This document shows, piece after piece, positions 1 through 12,861 of a DNA stretch of 64,000 bases. The notes beneath the pieces are model-generated. The model had not been told where the DNA came from. It did no database searches and saw only the letters and a program-made list of their open reading frames with translations. Made by a program: the position numbers and the translations under genes. Location of the stretch: positions 102,240,001 through 102,304,000 of the forward strand of contig NW_024704743.1 of the NCBI RefSeq assembly GCF_018977255.1. The letters run 5' to 3'. This stretch comes from Callorhinchus milii (lineage: Eukaryota). The first letter of the stretch is position 1. Every line of letters begins with the position of its first letter.

Positions 1-280
1 TTGCACACAGGTCAGCACAGGTAGTTGTCAGCAAAGCGCAGGTCAGCATAAATAGTTGTTATATGAATATGATTCACTTTTTTTTAATTTTAGCACAAAG
101 AACTTCACTGCTGCGTACAGAAAATGGTTCCTCTTACCTCAACACTGGATAGTAAACACAATTAGCTTTAATCTTATTTTTTGCTGTCACACTTAAGGAT
201 TAATGAGTTGTCACATTTGAACACTGATTGTTAATTGTTTCTGCTTTGGAAGAATAGTGATTAGCTGCGATGGCCTTTTT

Positions 281-480
281 ATAATAATAGTAATAATAAT
301 CCTTGCATTTGATACAGCGCTTTTCAGGTCTTCTTGACTTCTCAAAGCGCTTCACAGAATAGACTGTAAAGTGAATTGACCGTGTATTTGTGGGCAAAAC
401 GCGGCAGCCAATTGTGCATAGCAGTGTCCCACAAACAGTCGTGGATTGAAAATGACCAATTTATTATTGTTTTGTTTTTG
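281..480 (-). mobile_element. Young tRNA-derived SINE, 5'-truncated (3' body and L2-like tail)
   Basis: Reverse strand ends gaagcgctttgagaag...gcgctgtatcaaatgcaagg(att)n; matches the full copies at 6187, 22061 and 34711. Confidence 0.9.
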
Positions 481-1096
481 TTATCTATTCTTAGTTGAAC
501 CCAACCATATCAATGTGAAAGTTTAATCTATTCTGCTAGAATCATGGTGGGGTAAAATTTCTCCTGGTTCAGATTTATTCTATTAAAATGTATCATTTCA
601 GAGAATATGGCAAATTGTTTTCTTCGCTGTTAACTTTGAATCTGGATTTCTGTAGTCATTACAAGTGCAGAAAACTGTCTTCAGTATTAAGGCTATATTT
701 AAGAATTTGCCACATTTCTGGATGCTCTGAAATGTTACGTTTATGGATAAAGTCTATATGTAGGTCTGTGGAAATTACAAAGCAGTGTGTTGCTGTTGGA
801 GTACTTTAACTCATTGGCGTTTTCAGATCTGGTTAGGGTACTGATGTTGAGATATGAATTTTGTTTGCTTGATGCATATGGGGTAAATAATGTGATGTTT
901 CATAATAAGTTCAATGTGATATTTATTGTATCAAACCCATTAAGTAACATTGGAATTTTCACCTCAAGGTTTCTAATGGCTGAAATCAATAAAGGGAGCA
1001 GGAAATCAATCAGTGGATTACTTTTACTTGTTTACTAAGCTGTATAAATTTGTTTCTAAAACATATTTTTCTGTTTATCAAAGTAAGGATTAGTTC

Positions 1097-1358
1097 CTTG
1101 GAGGGACATCCTTTTTCCTAATTCTGGAGAATATAAAACCCAGATTAGCATGAGCCAAAATTTGGGGACTACAGATAGTGCATTGGGGTACTACTGGAGT
1201 TTAACCAGCTAATATTGCAGACTTTGCCATTGAGAGCACTGTCCAAACTTTCTGCTGCTTGTTTAGCTAGGAGCACTGAAATGCATGAATGCTTAAGTTT
1301 GGAGGGTTAACAGGAGCTGGGTGGGAAGACCTGTCCGCAGTGACCGGTCTGTCCTTCC
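1097..1358 (-). repeat. Fragment of unclassified ~600-bp A-tailed interspersed repeat
   Basis: Motifs ggagggacatcc...cctaattctggaga, ttaaccagctaa and cagtgaccggtctg align with the reverse complement of 27795-28405. Confidence 0.75.
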
Positions 1359-1794
1359 CAATCTGTTAGCGCTGTAAGTGATCATTAGTCTGTCCTTTTC
1401 ACTTGGAAATCTGCTAATAGCTCCCAGGGCTTAGAGCTTGCTGAAAGTGATCGATTCTGAAGACCTTATTTGGTTTTGTATTATAAAGCATGATCGAGGC
1501 TTAGAGAGGTGCTGTTATCAAGATTAAATCTGGTGAGATGGAGGAGAACAAGAACCAATTTTCTTGAGAGCCAATAGGGTCCTTATCCTTAAGTTACCAC
1601 CTGGGAAATCTGAGAACTCAGCAATGCTTTGGTTTAAAGTCCTGATTAAGGTTACTTGGAGTAAATGGTTCTAGCTGTAGAATGCACTTGTGATTGATTG
1701 GAACAAACCGATAACATTGGAATAGTTCTTAACTCGTGTATGATTTTCTGTATGATTGCACACCAAAACGTGTCAGTCTGGCTCTGTTAGTAGC

Positions 1795-2550
1795 AATCTC
1801 ACCTCTGAGGGTTGAACAATACGCCAAGGTTCTGACTGGCTTGGTGAGGTGGAGTGTGCATCCATGGATGCTGATGCTGTCAGTGCCTAAGGTGTGGAGG
1901 TGCTGCGGCGAGCCAATCAGGAAAGCCTCAGTCTTGCTGATGTTCAACGGTAGAAAGTTGGCTCTCATCCAGGATTTGATGTCTGTCATGCAGTTTGTCA
2001 GGACAGCAGTGGCCCTGGAGTCGAGGGTGGAGGCAGAGAGATAGAGTTGGGTGTCACCTGCTACACTTGGAAGTTGACCCCAAGTCTGCGGATGATGCCG
2101 CCAAGAGGGAGAATGTACAGGTTGAGGAGTAGAGGACTGAGGATAGAGCCCTGAAGAACACCACACAAGATGGTGCGGAGGCTGGAGGAGAAGCTGTTGT
2201 GGAGACAAAGTGGAGCAAATGTGAAAGATAGGATCTGAACCATTCAAGGACAGAACCTTGAAGGTTGAGATGAGAGGAAAGGCAGTGGAGGAGAGTAGAG
2301 TGGTCCACAATGTCAAAGGCAACAGAGAGGTCGAGGAGGACGAGGAGGCAGAGGGAGCCCTGGTCACAGCTGGATAGAATATCATTTGTCAACTTGGCCA
2401 GGGCGGTTTCTGTGCTGTGAGTGGCACGGAAACCCAATTGGAGGGGTTTGTAAAGGGAGTGGCAGGAGAGGAAGGAGTGAAGCTGGGAAGCAACAACTCT
2501 TTCAAGGACCTTGGAAAGAAAATGGAGGTTGGAGATTGAGCGGTAGTTTG
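1795..2550 (-). mobile_element. L2-clade LINE, internal RT fragment (frameshifted)
   Basis: ORFs 2054-2566 and 1729-2385 carry NYRSISNLHFLSKVLERVV, GFRATHSTETAL, LLDLSVAFDIVDH and DTQLYLS motifs. Confidence 0.95.
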
Positions 2551-3114
2551 TGATAACACATATCAATCAAGTAAACATCATACAATTGTCAATACAACCT
2601 TACTTTGAAGCATAACACAGAAAGGGTGTTAGGTCTGTTTTGCATGAAAGCTATGGAAGGTTTCTTAATAGACTTTAATTTACAAAGGTATAAAAGTTAG
2701 TTTAACAGAATAAAAAGGGTAAAAATTTAAAATTATGTTTTAGATTATCCCTGACATGAAAGAGGCTATATCAAATACACGTTTCATACTAGCAAAAGAA
2801 TATATACAAATAATAACAAGAAGAAATTGCATTTGTATAGCATTCCTATGAAATATTATTCTTATGTCAAGAACAATTCACTCAGGATACTTCACTTGCA
2901 TTTGAGATAGCAACCTTATTCCATTGTCAAAATGACTCAAAGCACTTCGCTAGACTTACTGCAAAGTGTAGTTATGTGTATTTTACGGACGATTTTGTGA
3001 AAACACCTTACCATGAAGAACATTTTGGAAGACTTTTGGAATTATAATAATCCTTATATTTGATATAGCCCCTTTCATATCAGGGGGACATCTAAAAGCA
3101 CTTCACAGGATATA

Positions 3115-3460
3115 CACTAGGACCTCGGCTGGCCAGACTAATGGGAGAAAGATCCAGTCTGGTGAGCTGGAATTTCCGACTAAGTGTAATTGCCTTGGTG
3201 GGACTGGCATTGTAATTGTTTGAATACTGTGAATAAGCTACCTTCTGCTCGCGGGATTCAAACTGATTCAAACTCAAATTCGATATCGCTGCCTGGCCAC
3301 TGAAGACCAGTGAGCATGGTGAGAAGGGGGAGTGCTAGTGGAGTGGACTGATGGGAGTTGGCATGTACTCGGCTTGTAGACAATTTTTTAAAATGTTTCT
3401 GTTTCTAGCTCCGTACGGTTTCCAGATACCCCCGAAGTCCGGTAAACCCAGGGTTTATTT
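3115..3460. mobile_element. Probable degenerate Tc1/mariner (Tigger/pogo-like) MITE nested in a SINE tail
   Basis: TA at 3113-3114 and 3461-3462. Terminal 25-mers cactaggacctcggctggccagact and (rc) aaataaaccctgggtttaccggact match at 15/25. The host SINE tail rejoins cleanly across the insertion. Confidence 0.55.
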
Positions 3461-3904
3461 TAATATAAAGTGAAGTGACTGTATATTATGTAGGAGAATG
3501 TAAAAAATACAATAAATGCACACCCAATCCAATACTTGTTGCTGCAGAACATGTCAACCTAACTTGTAAGCATCTAAGGACAAATCCTTTTTTTTAATGG
3601 ATTGAAAATGTTTCAGTCACAGAGCTATGTGGTCTGTATCTTGTTGCATTAAGTACCAACATATTTCAGCAAGTAGGCAGTTTTCTAAAACACAGGAGAA
3701 ATAGATTTCTCATAATTATTTCTAGAGCAGCAATTAAGACAATTACTCTCTTGTGTATCAACTTCAACTGTATCAGAGTGAAATGCAAATGCAAAGCAAG
3801 CATTTAAAAGCAACAGTACCTCATAATTGTTTTAATAGTGCAGTGTTTTGAGCATTCTTGTTGGAATGTGCATAGGCTTACTCAACATGGACCTGTGCTA
3901 TTAC

Positions 3905-4230
3905 AAAATAATTGTAATAGTCCTTGCATTTGATATAGCGCCTTATCACATCTTCGAGACGTCTCAAAGCGCTTCACAGAATATCCTGTACAGCGAATTG
4001 ACTGTATATTATGTTGGGCGAAATACGACAGCCAATTGTGCACTGCAGTGTCCCACAAACAGTCATGGATTGAGTGACCAAATTATTATTTTTTTTTGAA
4101 GGAAATATTACCCCCGGAAACGTAATTCAACCATTGACTACCAACTGGTTTCCTACTTACTGCTAGGTAAATAGAGACGAGTGGAATAAGGAAACTTGCC
4201 CAAAGTTTCATCCAGCCAGAAATCAAACCC
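3905..4230 (-). mobile_element. tRNA-derived SINE, long variant with central domain
   Basis: L2-like tail at 3905-3980; central tttacctagcagtaagtaggaa segment and gggcaagtttcc motif on the reverse strand. Confidence 0.88.
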
Positions 4231-4549
4231 CAAAGTGTACACCAAGCTTCCAGCACTGACTAACAGTGAATTTATATCTTTCCCATTGTAAGTGTAAATC
4301 ATTTAAGGTAGGTATTTCTGGCAGAACGTATTGGCGGATCAATTTCTGGAGATAATAATTAATAATTTCCACCCCCACCCAAAAAGAATGTGATCACTCA
4401 ATCCACAACTGTTTGTGGGATACTGCTCCGTGCAGCTGGCTGCTGGTTTCACTCACAAAATACGCACTTTACATTATATTCTGTGAAACAGTTTGAGATG
4501 TTTCAATAATGTGTTAAGGCGCTATATCAAATCAAGGATTATTATTATC

Positions 4550-5475
4550 AAGGGCAAGACATGGACATGGATTCCGAATTGGTGGAAGGCAAGAAGCAGA
4601 GGATATTTGTTTGGGGAGCGAGGTGAAAATGGAGAAAAGTATTAAGTGGGGTGCCTCAAGAGTCTGTACTGGGACTCCTCGTTTTCCTCGTAAATATTAA
4701 TGACCCTGGATACATAAATATTTCAAGTGTAAGATAGATAAATTTGCAGTTAAACCGAGTTGAGGAGAAATGTGGAGTCAGATGAGAAAGGTTTTACCAA
4801 AAGAGCTAGATAGGGTATGCACATAGGCTCATAATTGGCAAATGAAGTGTGATACAGATAAATGCAAAGTATTACATATAGTGTCCTGTAGCTTAGTGGT
4901 TAGAACACTTGTCTTGCAAGCGAGAAAATCTGGGTTTGATTCCTGGGCAGGGTGAATCGTTGGGCAAGTTTCCTTACTCCACATGGCTCTATTTACCTGG
5001 GAGTATGTAGGAACCTGGATGTTAGTTGATTGATGGAGCGCTTTTCAGGGGATAATAACCCCTTCAAGATGTCTGGAAAACGTGATAAGGCACTATATCA
5101 AATGCAAGGATTATTACATGGGAAATAAAAATAAGAAACATAGATACTGCATAGAAGGATAGAAAATGGAAGGGGGCAAATGTGTTTTAGGGATATGAGT
5201 TAACACATTGCTCACCATGTGAAATCGGTGTGAGGTGGCAATAAACAAGATAAACTGGATGCTGGACTACATTGCCAATGCAATTGAGTCCAGATCACCA
5301 GACATTAAACTCAGGCTGTACAGTATTCTGGTCAGGCTACACCTTGAGTGCTGCAACACAGTGGGCTGCCCTGACCTGAGACACAGTACACAGGAGAGCA
5401 ATAAGAATGTTAGAGAAATTAGTTATTAGCAGCGATTAAACAAGTTAGAGCTCTTCAGTCTTAAAAGAAGATGTC
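4550..5475 (+). mobile_element. Old CR1 LINE RT fragment, interrupted by a SINE
   Basis: gtggggtgcctcaagagtctgtactggga (SGVPQ.SVLG), ttggcaaatgaag...aaatgcaaagta, and LVRLHLECC in ORF 5235-5429. Confidence 0.85.
4881..5115 (+). mobile_element. tRNA-derived SINE with internal deletion, nested in CR1
   Basis: Head tcctgtagcttagtggttagaacac and tail caaatgcaaggattatt; tattacat occurs on both flanks (possible target-site duplication). Confidence 0.88.
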
Positions 5476-6186
5476 TCCTATATATCAAGCGTATAACTGC
5501 TGGCAGATATAGAGGTCCAAATTGCAGGTCTTCTGAAGAGATTTATAGGGTATCCCATTAGAAATCTTGTTCACCTGGGGGAACCACAATTTGGAAGTAA
5601 CTTGAATTTCCTGCCTCTGAGACTCTTCTCCGAAACAGTTTTATCATCTAAAACTCTGTCCCTTCACGCACATATTCACATATCTCATTACATGCAACTT
5701 GCTGAACCAGGATGGCTGGAACATGCTTTAGGCTATAGAACCTGTATCTCTTTTGATGCAGAACATTTATCCTTAATACTAATGGGGTCAAGTTCATGAG
5801 GTAGCTCTCTGGTTACAATTGCTTGAATCTTGTTATTTCAGCCAATATATAAAAAAACTGATAGTCTATTTTCTTCCTATTTTTCTTCTAAAATTAGCAA
5901 TTTATATAATTTTTTGTCAGTTTGTACTGGTGGGTGGAACAGCAATAAAACTATTTTACTGCAAATATGTGCACCTCTAAAGGTTTTTTGAAAACCTGTT
6001 TGTGAGCAATGGTTAACTAGCTGTGTCCCAGCAAATGGAGCAAAACAGTATAAAATGGTGGAAATTGATTCCAGAGCAAGTTATTAAGGTGTTCATAAAC
6101 TATCACTAATTGTGAAATAATCCTTGCAAGTGATATAGAAACTTACACATTGGGAGGATGCGTCAAAGCGCTTCACAAGATGTTAC

Positions 6187-6511
6187 TAATAATAATAATA
6201 ATAATCCTTGCATTTGATATAGCGCTTTTCACGTCGGAAGGACGTCCCAAAGCGCTTCACAGAACACACTGTAAAGTGAATTGACTGTATATTTGTGGGC
6301 GAACGCGGCAGCCAATTGCGCACAGCAATGTCCCACAAACAGTCGTAGATAGAAAATGACCAANTTTTTTATTATTGTTTTTGGTTTTGGAGGGATTATT
6401 ATTAGGCGTGTGGAGTAAGGAAACTTGCCCAAGGTTTCGCCCTGCCTGGAATTGAACTCAGGTCTCTCGCTTGCAAAGCGAGTGCTCTAACCACTGAGCT
6501 ACAGGACTCCA
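6187..6511 (-). mobile_element. Young full-length tRNA-Ala-like SINE (short variant)
   Basis: Head TGGAGTCCTGTAGCTCAGTGG (box A), anticodon arm CTCGC-TTTGCAA-GCGAG, box B GAGTTCAATTCC, Deu-like 3' body, L2 stem-loop and (ATT)n. From memory it resembles the Callorhinchus SINE2-1 family; not verified. Confidence 0.95.
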
Positions 6512-6873
6512 CAAAGTGAAGTTTAGTGACTGGATACTTTGTAGGTGAATGCAGCAGCCAGTTTGTATACAGCAATGTCTCACACGCAGTCGTGAAATGA
6601 ATGATTAATTCTATCCGGGGGATTGTTGGCCAAGACACTGGGAGAAACATCCTTCTCTTTGAATATTGCCATGGGATCTTTATTGTCCACTTAGCCAGGC
6701 AAATCGGACCTCGGTTTGACATCTCATCTGAAGGATGACACTTCTGACAATGTAGCGCTCCCTTAGGAGTGGATTAGAGAGGTAACCTAGACTATGAGCT
6801 AAAAGTCCTGACATGGGATTTAAACCCCACTCTGGTGCGAAGACAAGAGTGTATCAGCTAAGCCAGGATGACA
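6512..6873 (-). mobile_element. Older Deu-domain SINE (its tail lies at 6115-6186)
   Basis: Reverse strand has gatgagatgtcaaaccgaggtcc...aagatcccatggcaatattc...gtgtcttggccaaca, the Deu-domain core as in AmnSINE1/SacSINE1. Confidence 0.85.
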
Positions 6874-9081
6874 TTCCTGGAATTTACAGCAATGTCTAAA
6901 TACTCTGTGGTGCACAGTTATTGATAACTAACTACTAGACTGCAAAAAAAGTTTAATGTTTCTGTGGTTTAAAGAATCAATTTGAATTGTGAATGATGGT
7001 TCTCTAATGAATGCTGAGCGATTGCACAGTTAATGTGATTTGAGAGCTCTCACCAGTGAGATCTGATGTACTCTGAAAATCAGTCTGGGGAGCTGTCTGT
7101 TGCTATGCATGGCTTGATCTCTATGGAAATTAGTATTTATAAGGCAGATAATCGTGGTACTTCAGTGAAATATTAAATGCAATTTTCATTGGTATCCTGG
7201 TATGTGGTATATTGGTATGTGAAGGATGTTTCAATTGACAGATAAAGGAAGATTCTAGTTTCGCTCTTTCTATCCAGTATCTTATGCCTGGAGCTGGAAC
7301 TAAATTCCATTCAGATGTCCCCAGAAGAAGCAGCAAATACTGTAACAATTAACACTTATGAAAACGCAGATCTGCATGGGTGTCAGTTGGGAGAAATTCC
7401 ATCTAGATTTACTCTATTAACATTGCATTTAATGGAGCTTAGTGATAAGGCATTATATCAAATGCAAGAATTATTATTATTATATTAAAGTATCCATTAG
7501 AAGACATTTCACCTCAATCTGGATTTGATCGATTACCATATCATTTTAAAATATCTATTGGGAGAAATTCCACTTGAGTATAGATTTACCTTATTAAAAT
7601 AGAATTTTAAAGCTTCCATAATTTGACAAATCGTTAACTACATTCTTAATTTTGAAGCCGTTTTTCTGTTACTTTCATTTAGAACTTGTATTAAGTGACT
7701 TCATGGTGAAGACTGAATTCAAAAATGTAGTAAATTCTGAAGGCGAGAAATTTCCCCTGCACCTTGATTTGTGTAGATTTCCAAGAGTCCAGAATTCGGC
7801 AAATTGTTGAATTCAGTTTTAACTGTGTGCAAATATTAAGTATTGTGCTATGTGGTGGATATTATATCTATCCAGTGGAAAAGCATCAAACATTCAATGA
7901 AAAAAAACTTCAATTATTTTCATTGATAAAATGTCTGTCTATCACATATTAGTTGGAAAACGCATGGGCGGGTGGGGGGTTGGTGGTGGGGGACAATGGC
8001 AGTTGGACTATAATGGTCTATAATATTAAAATGATTACAAATATATGTTTTATACTGGCAAAGCTAGGAATAATATATGCATTGCCACAATGCATCATTC
8101 TTATGCCAAAAACAACTCACTCAGGATCCTTCAGTTGTATTAATTTCTTCCACCAGTGATAGTTATGACAAGGACATACTTTACAATTCTTTATGACCAC
8201 TACTTTAATGCATGATTGAGTCTGAGAACGACTATGGCTTTTGAAGAATGGTTTCTCGTAGCAACCTCATTCACCTTGGGATCAGTACTATTTTTTATAC
8301 AGTGTGAGTTTTTTTTATTGTAGGACTTTATTCACTAGAATGACTTTTCAACTTCAATTTTTTAGATTGTATAATTTTCAGTCCATTATCTGGCAAAGAG
8401 GCATGAAATCCATGCTCTTCCCAGGTGTGACTATTGCTTTTTTGTTTAAGATTGGAGCCTGCTGAACATGGGTATATTCTTGTCTTGCCAACTCTGAATA
8501 GTGAGTTTGAGGAATGTCCTTTTATCCTCATTTACCTTGAGAAATGCCTCCCAAACACATAGGATCAAAACACACACAATCACAAGACTGGTGCAGATGA
8601 GTAAGCCCTTTGGCCCATTTGATCTTATCCTGCCAGAATAGCCCTCCCCCATTGATCACTTGGACTGACAAGACTTTGTCCATATGCAAGATTTCTTCTG
8701 AACTCAAGTTTAACAATTATGAGTGACATACTTGGGCAGACCTGCTGAAAAGAGTATTTATGTCATAACACATTTTATCTGGTTGCCACATGCCAGTATC
8801 AATATTGTTTCCATATTCAACACTTTATCAACGTCAGTGAAGTCTAAGTTGGTATTCCTTAATAGATCTGTTCATGAGAATCACATTTCCTGGGTAATGA
8901 CATTTCATGTATCACATACAAAACAACAGTCGTCACACTTTACTATATATCCTGTGAATATACTTTACTTACGAAGGATATAACATGTATATACTATGTA
9001 TATCCGTTGGGATGTCCTCTTCACGTAAAAAAAGCTATACTGACTGTAAAGATTATTTTACCAAGAAATCCCACAAATTAG

Positions 9082-9261
9082 AACAACAACAACAACAAGA
9101 TTCCATTTATTGAGCGCCTTTCACATCGGGAGGACGTCCCAAGGCGCTGTACAGTTGGGTCAGGACCCGAGCAAGGGAGAAATGGTCAGGGTGAAGGGAG
9201 GGAAGGGAGGGAGCGAGGAGGGGGTAGAAAGTCGAGAGGGGAGCTGAAGGCACGGTCAAAG
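9082..9261 (-). mobile_element. Young L2 LINE, 3' end only
   Basis: Near-identical to the 3' ends of 34009-34445 and 52921-53675; (TTG)n terminus. Confidence 0.95.
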
Positions 9262-10419
9262 CGAACTCAGTGTAAGATTAATAACCATCATATTTGCTAA
9301 CAACTGACTTTACTTTACTCAAATATACAGATTTGATCCTAAATTTGTTCCAATGAGGAAATGGATACAACAAAATTGACAGAAACTGTAGGATAGGGAG
9401 TTGTGAACATTTTAGACAAACATAGGTTACTGAACTAGATATTATTATAAATAATCTAACAAAAGCATTCTTCAAAAGTAACTGTGCACTGAACAATCAT
9501 CAGCGTTCCTCTGGTCTCAGCTTGTGTTCCCGCATCTTTCATCTATTTCTTCATAGCAGATGCAATTTACAGATGCTCCTTTTAAAAGCCTTGTATGTCC
9601 GAGTTATAATCCAGGCTAATCTCCTCAGTACATTAAAAGTGTTTCTTTGGATGGATACAATTATTACAACTATAAAACATCATTAAAACTGCTGCCCATA
9701 TGTCTTAAATCAACGTGATCTAATGGTTTAGCCTCCCAGGATAACTCCTTCCAGCTGTCCATTTCTTTATTCCCTCCTACCTTCTGTAAGACTAATGCAC
9801 ATTTACTTCTGCCTCTGGCTTCTCCTCCTGCTTTGGATCTTTTTACATTCACTGACATTTGAAGGTTGCTTGTGTACACTCACACAAGTGACAATGATTT
9901 TTCCCAATTGCCTGTTAACATGAGTTTCTGGCAGCCAAACAAAGTTCATTACTTGGAAACGTAATTTGTCTAATCTCGATTCTATCTGGCTTATAGTTTT
10001 CTCTGACGCCTCTTCATTTCACTACACTGAATCTGCCCACATCCATGTCAAAGACCTTCAGATCATTAATGCTACTCTTCCATTTCAATCAATTCATGGC
10101 AATATAACTGGAAGCTCAATTGGCCCCTGAGAATGAAAGGTACAGGAATGTGAAGGATGTCAAGAATTATAGATTCATATTCTAATATAATGCAATGATT
10201 AAGACCCAAATCAGTATTGAACAAATTTGAATGAACTATCTCACTTATGAGACATTTATCACACTTCCAGCTTTGACCTTCAGATGTCATTCCAGTTTCC
10301 CTTATGCCATGCTCTGCCACTGTCAAGTGGTCTGGAACAGTACCCTGAATGAGGGGCATGATACAAATGCAAACTGTTTTGGTTATTTGCTGTCAAAAAG
10401 TGAAGAGCAATTTATCTGA

Positions 10420-10655
10420 AGGACTGTTGGCCAGGAGACAAGGAAAAACTCTTATCTCTTTTCAAATTGGTTCCTGGGATATTTAAATCTACTTACACAG
10501 GCAGATAGGAGCTTAGTTTTAACATCTGAAATGATGACAGCAGCAAAACTGCACTTGATTGTCCACCAAGACTATGAGTTGAGTCCCAGTGTGCAGCTTG
10601 AATCCACAACCTTCTGATGCAGAAGCACATGCGCTATTGATTGAGCCAAGCGGAC
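10420..10655 (-). mobile_element. Old Deu-domain SINE fragment
   Basis: tgttggccagga...ttttcaaa...gtttaacatct core plus a tRNA-like head near 10600-10655 on the reverse strand. Confidence 0.7.
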
Positions 10656-10669
10656 TTAATTTTGACTTA

Positions 10670-11100
10670 GTCAGCTGGGTGTCTAACACATGGAGAAACC
10701 CATCACCAATCTTATGAGTATCCAAACCACCTACACATGGGAATCTCCCTTTCCCTTCTGAGATTATTAGTTGCAGATTGGCACCCTCTGGCAAGATTCC
10801 CATTGCTTGTCTATTATGGTAGGGTGGTCCTAGCTCCAGGACTCTACCCAGCATGAGGGGCGCTATGTAAATGCAAGTTGTTGTTTCAGGATTAACAGAA
10901 GCTGAGTGGGAAGAATCTTTGCCCTCAGTGACTGGTCTGCCTCTAAGTCCTGCCCAATAGGAAGCCTGGCTGGTCTGTCACCAGCAGTGCCCTGGAGTAC
11001 CACAATTGGTATTGGAACCAAACCACTGAAATTGGCACATTAGGGTGACTTGATTTTGATATTCCATTGCCACGCATGTCAACTTGGAGCCAACTCAAGG
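10670..11100 (-). repeat. Unclassified A-tailed repeat, split by an L2 tail
   Basis: gtctaacacatggagaaacccatcacca...gagtatccaaacc at 10680-10730; resumes at 10886 with caggattaacag...cagtgactggtctgcc. Confidence 0.75.
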
Positions 11101-11174
11101 AGGATAGTTACTAGCTGATCATTATGTGTGTCAGCCTAGTTTAGTTTGTGGCACTCAACCTTCTGAGGAAGTCC

Positions 11175-11870
11175 AAGTTGACAGTCTAAGTAAATTTTTG
11201 AATATAAGTAAATCTTTGAAGGTGGAAGGAAGAGTGGATAAAACTGTTAAAACAAGCATATAGAATACTAGACATTATAGGTAAGGGCATAGAATACAAA
11301 AGTCAAGAAGTTATGATGAATCTTTATAAAACATTGGTTATGCCTCAGCTAGAGTACTGTGTTCAGTTCTGGGCACCACACTTTAGGAAGGATGTCAAGG
11401 CATTGGGGAGGGTCCAAAGGAGATTTACCATGATGGTACCAGGAATCAGGGACTTCAGTTATCAGGAGAAGCTAGAGAAGCAAGGATTATTCTTCTTGGA
11501 GCAGAGAAGGTTAAGAGGAGACTTAATAGAAGTTTTCAAAATTATAGAGGGGATTCGATAGGGTGAACAAGGAGAAACTATTTCCACTAGCGGGTGGTTT
11601 CGGTAACCCAAGGACATCAATTTAAAATAGTTGTTAAAAGAAACAGAGGGGAGATGAGGAGAAATGTTTTTACACAACGAGTTGTTCGGATCTGGAGTGC
11701 ATTACCTGAAAGAGTGGTGGAAGCCAATTTGATAACAGGTTTTAAGAGAGAAGTAGATAATTATTTGGGGAGGACAAGTTTCAGGGCTAATGGGAAAGAG
11801 CAAGGGAGTGGGATTGAATTGGGTGAGCCGAATGTCCTCCTTCTGTGCTGTGTAATTCTATGATTCTATG
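11175..11870 (+). mobile_element. CR1 LINE 3' fragment
   Basis: ORFs LYKTLVMPQLEYCVQFWAPH...RRLRGDLIEVFKI and FTQRVVRIWSALP; terminal attctatgattctatg, the CR1 (ATTCTRTG)n end. Confidence 0.95.
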
Positions 11871-12165
11871 AATGTAGTACGAGGAGTTGCATTGTCAGAG
11901 ATGCTGTTCTTCAAATGAAATATTAAACCAAGGTCCAGGTAGATGCGAAAGATCTCATTGCACTACTCAAAAGGAGATGGGGAAAGTGTTCTGGGCAACA
12001 GCCCCCTAAATAAAATTATCATGCATATTATCGCTGTTTGAGGAACACTGCAGTGCATTATAGGTGATTTAGCTGCCATCCCCTATAAATAAACAGTCAC
12101 TTCACTTTACAGTAAATCCTGTGAAGCATTTCGGAATGCCTCCATGATGTGAAAAGTCCGATATT
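11871..12165 (+). mobile_element. Old Deu-domain SINE (head at ~11130-11175, split by CR1)
   Basis: tgcattgtcagagatgc...attaaaccaaggtcc...tgctgccatcc...cactttacagtaaatcctgtgaagc. Confidence 0.75.
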
Positions 12166-12375
12166 GTTAGCATACACCATTGCAAGTATACAAAGTAAAT
12201 AGATATCTTCAAATAGAGCTGGGAGAATGACTGCAGAAAAATAAGGTCCATATTAAGAATTACATTTTAATAAATGATTGTTATTTTAAACCAGTGTCTT
12301 GTGAAGCCACAACATTCTCATCCATTGAAATCTTTGAGCCAAATGTGGGCTATCATCAGCACTCAGACACGCACA

Positions 12376-12861
12376 GTTCCTGAGTCAGGCCGGTCCGCAA
12401 TATTCCAGGGCACTGCTGATGACAGCACAGTCAGCATTGCTCATCGGCAGGACCTGGAAGGGCAGACCAGTCACTGGGGGCATGGAGTCATTCCACTGAA
12501 CTCCTGTTAACCCTGCAAGCCAAAGCCCTAATGAGTAGGGTGGTCAAAGCTGGACAAGCAGCGGGAAAGCTTGCTGGACAGCAATATCAATTCCAAGTTT
12601 AGCTGGTTGAACTGCAATAGCTCCCAGTGCATACTCTGGGGACCCCAAGCCTTGGCTGATGCCAACCTGCACCTAATATTCTCCGGAATTAGGTAAGCAG
12701 GATGTATCCCTCCAGGAAGAGAGTGCGCATTCCATTCCAAGAATCTATCTCTGGGATTTCCATGTGTAGGTGGGATGCATGGAAATCTCAGTTTGGTTTG
12801 GATACTCTTAAGCATGATGATGGGTTTCCGAATGTGTCAGACGGTCGGCTAACCAAAAAAA
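12376..12861 (+). repeat. Unclassified ~600-bp A-tailed interspersed repeat
   Basis: Colinear with 27795-28405 and 61942-62559; ends gggtttccgaatgtgtcagac...aacc followed by A7. Confidence 0.85.

Noticed and set aside
8..59. 31-bp period imperfect tandem duplication at the window start
   Set aside because: Only two degenerate units are visible, possibly cut by the window edge; no spacer structure and not CRISPR-like.
3409..3441. CpG-rich 33-nt plus-strand exon-like segment
   Set aside because: Lies in the terminus of the probable Tigger-like MITE, and the donor is weak.
6440..6511. tRNA-like cloverleaf (also at ~22310, 33895, 34955 and 52075) with anticodons TGC, AGC, CAC, TGG and CGC
   Set aside because: Each continues into SINE sequence and the anticodons vary between copies. 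These are SINE heads, not tRNA genes.
9781..9783. cag|AAG|gtagg, resembling the NCAM1 3-nt microexon (minus strand)
   Set aside because: Upstream sequence is purine-rich with no pyrimidine tract, and no NCAM1 exons are recognisable in the window.
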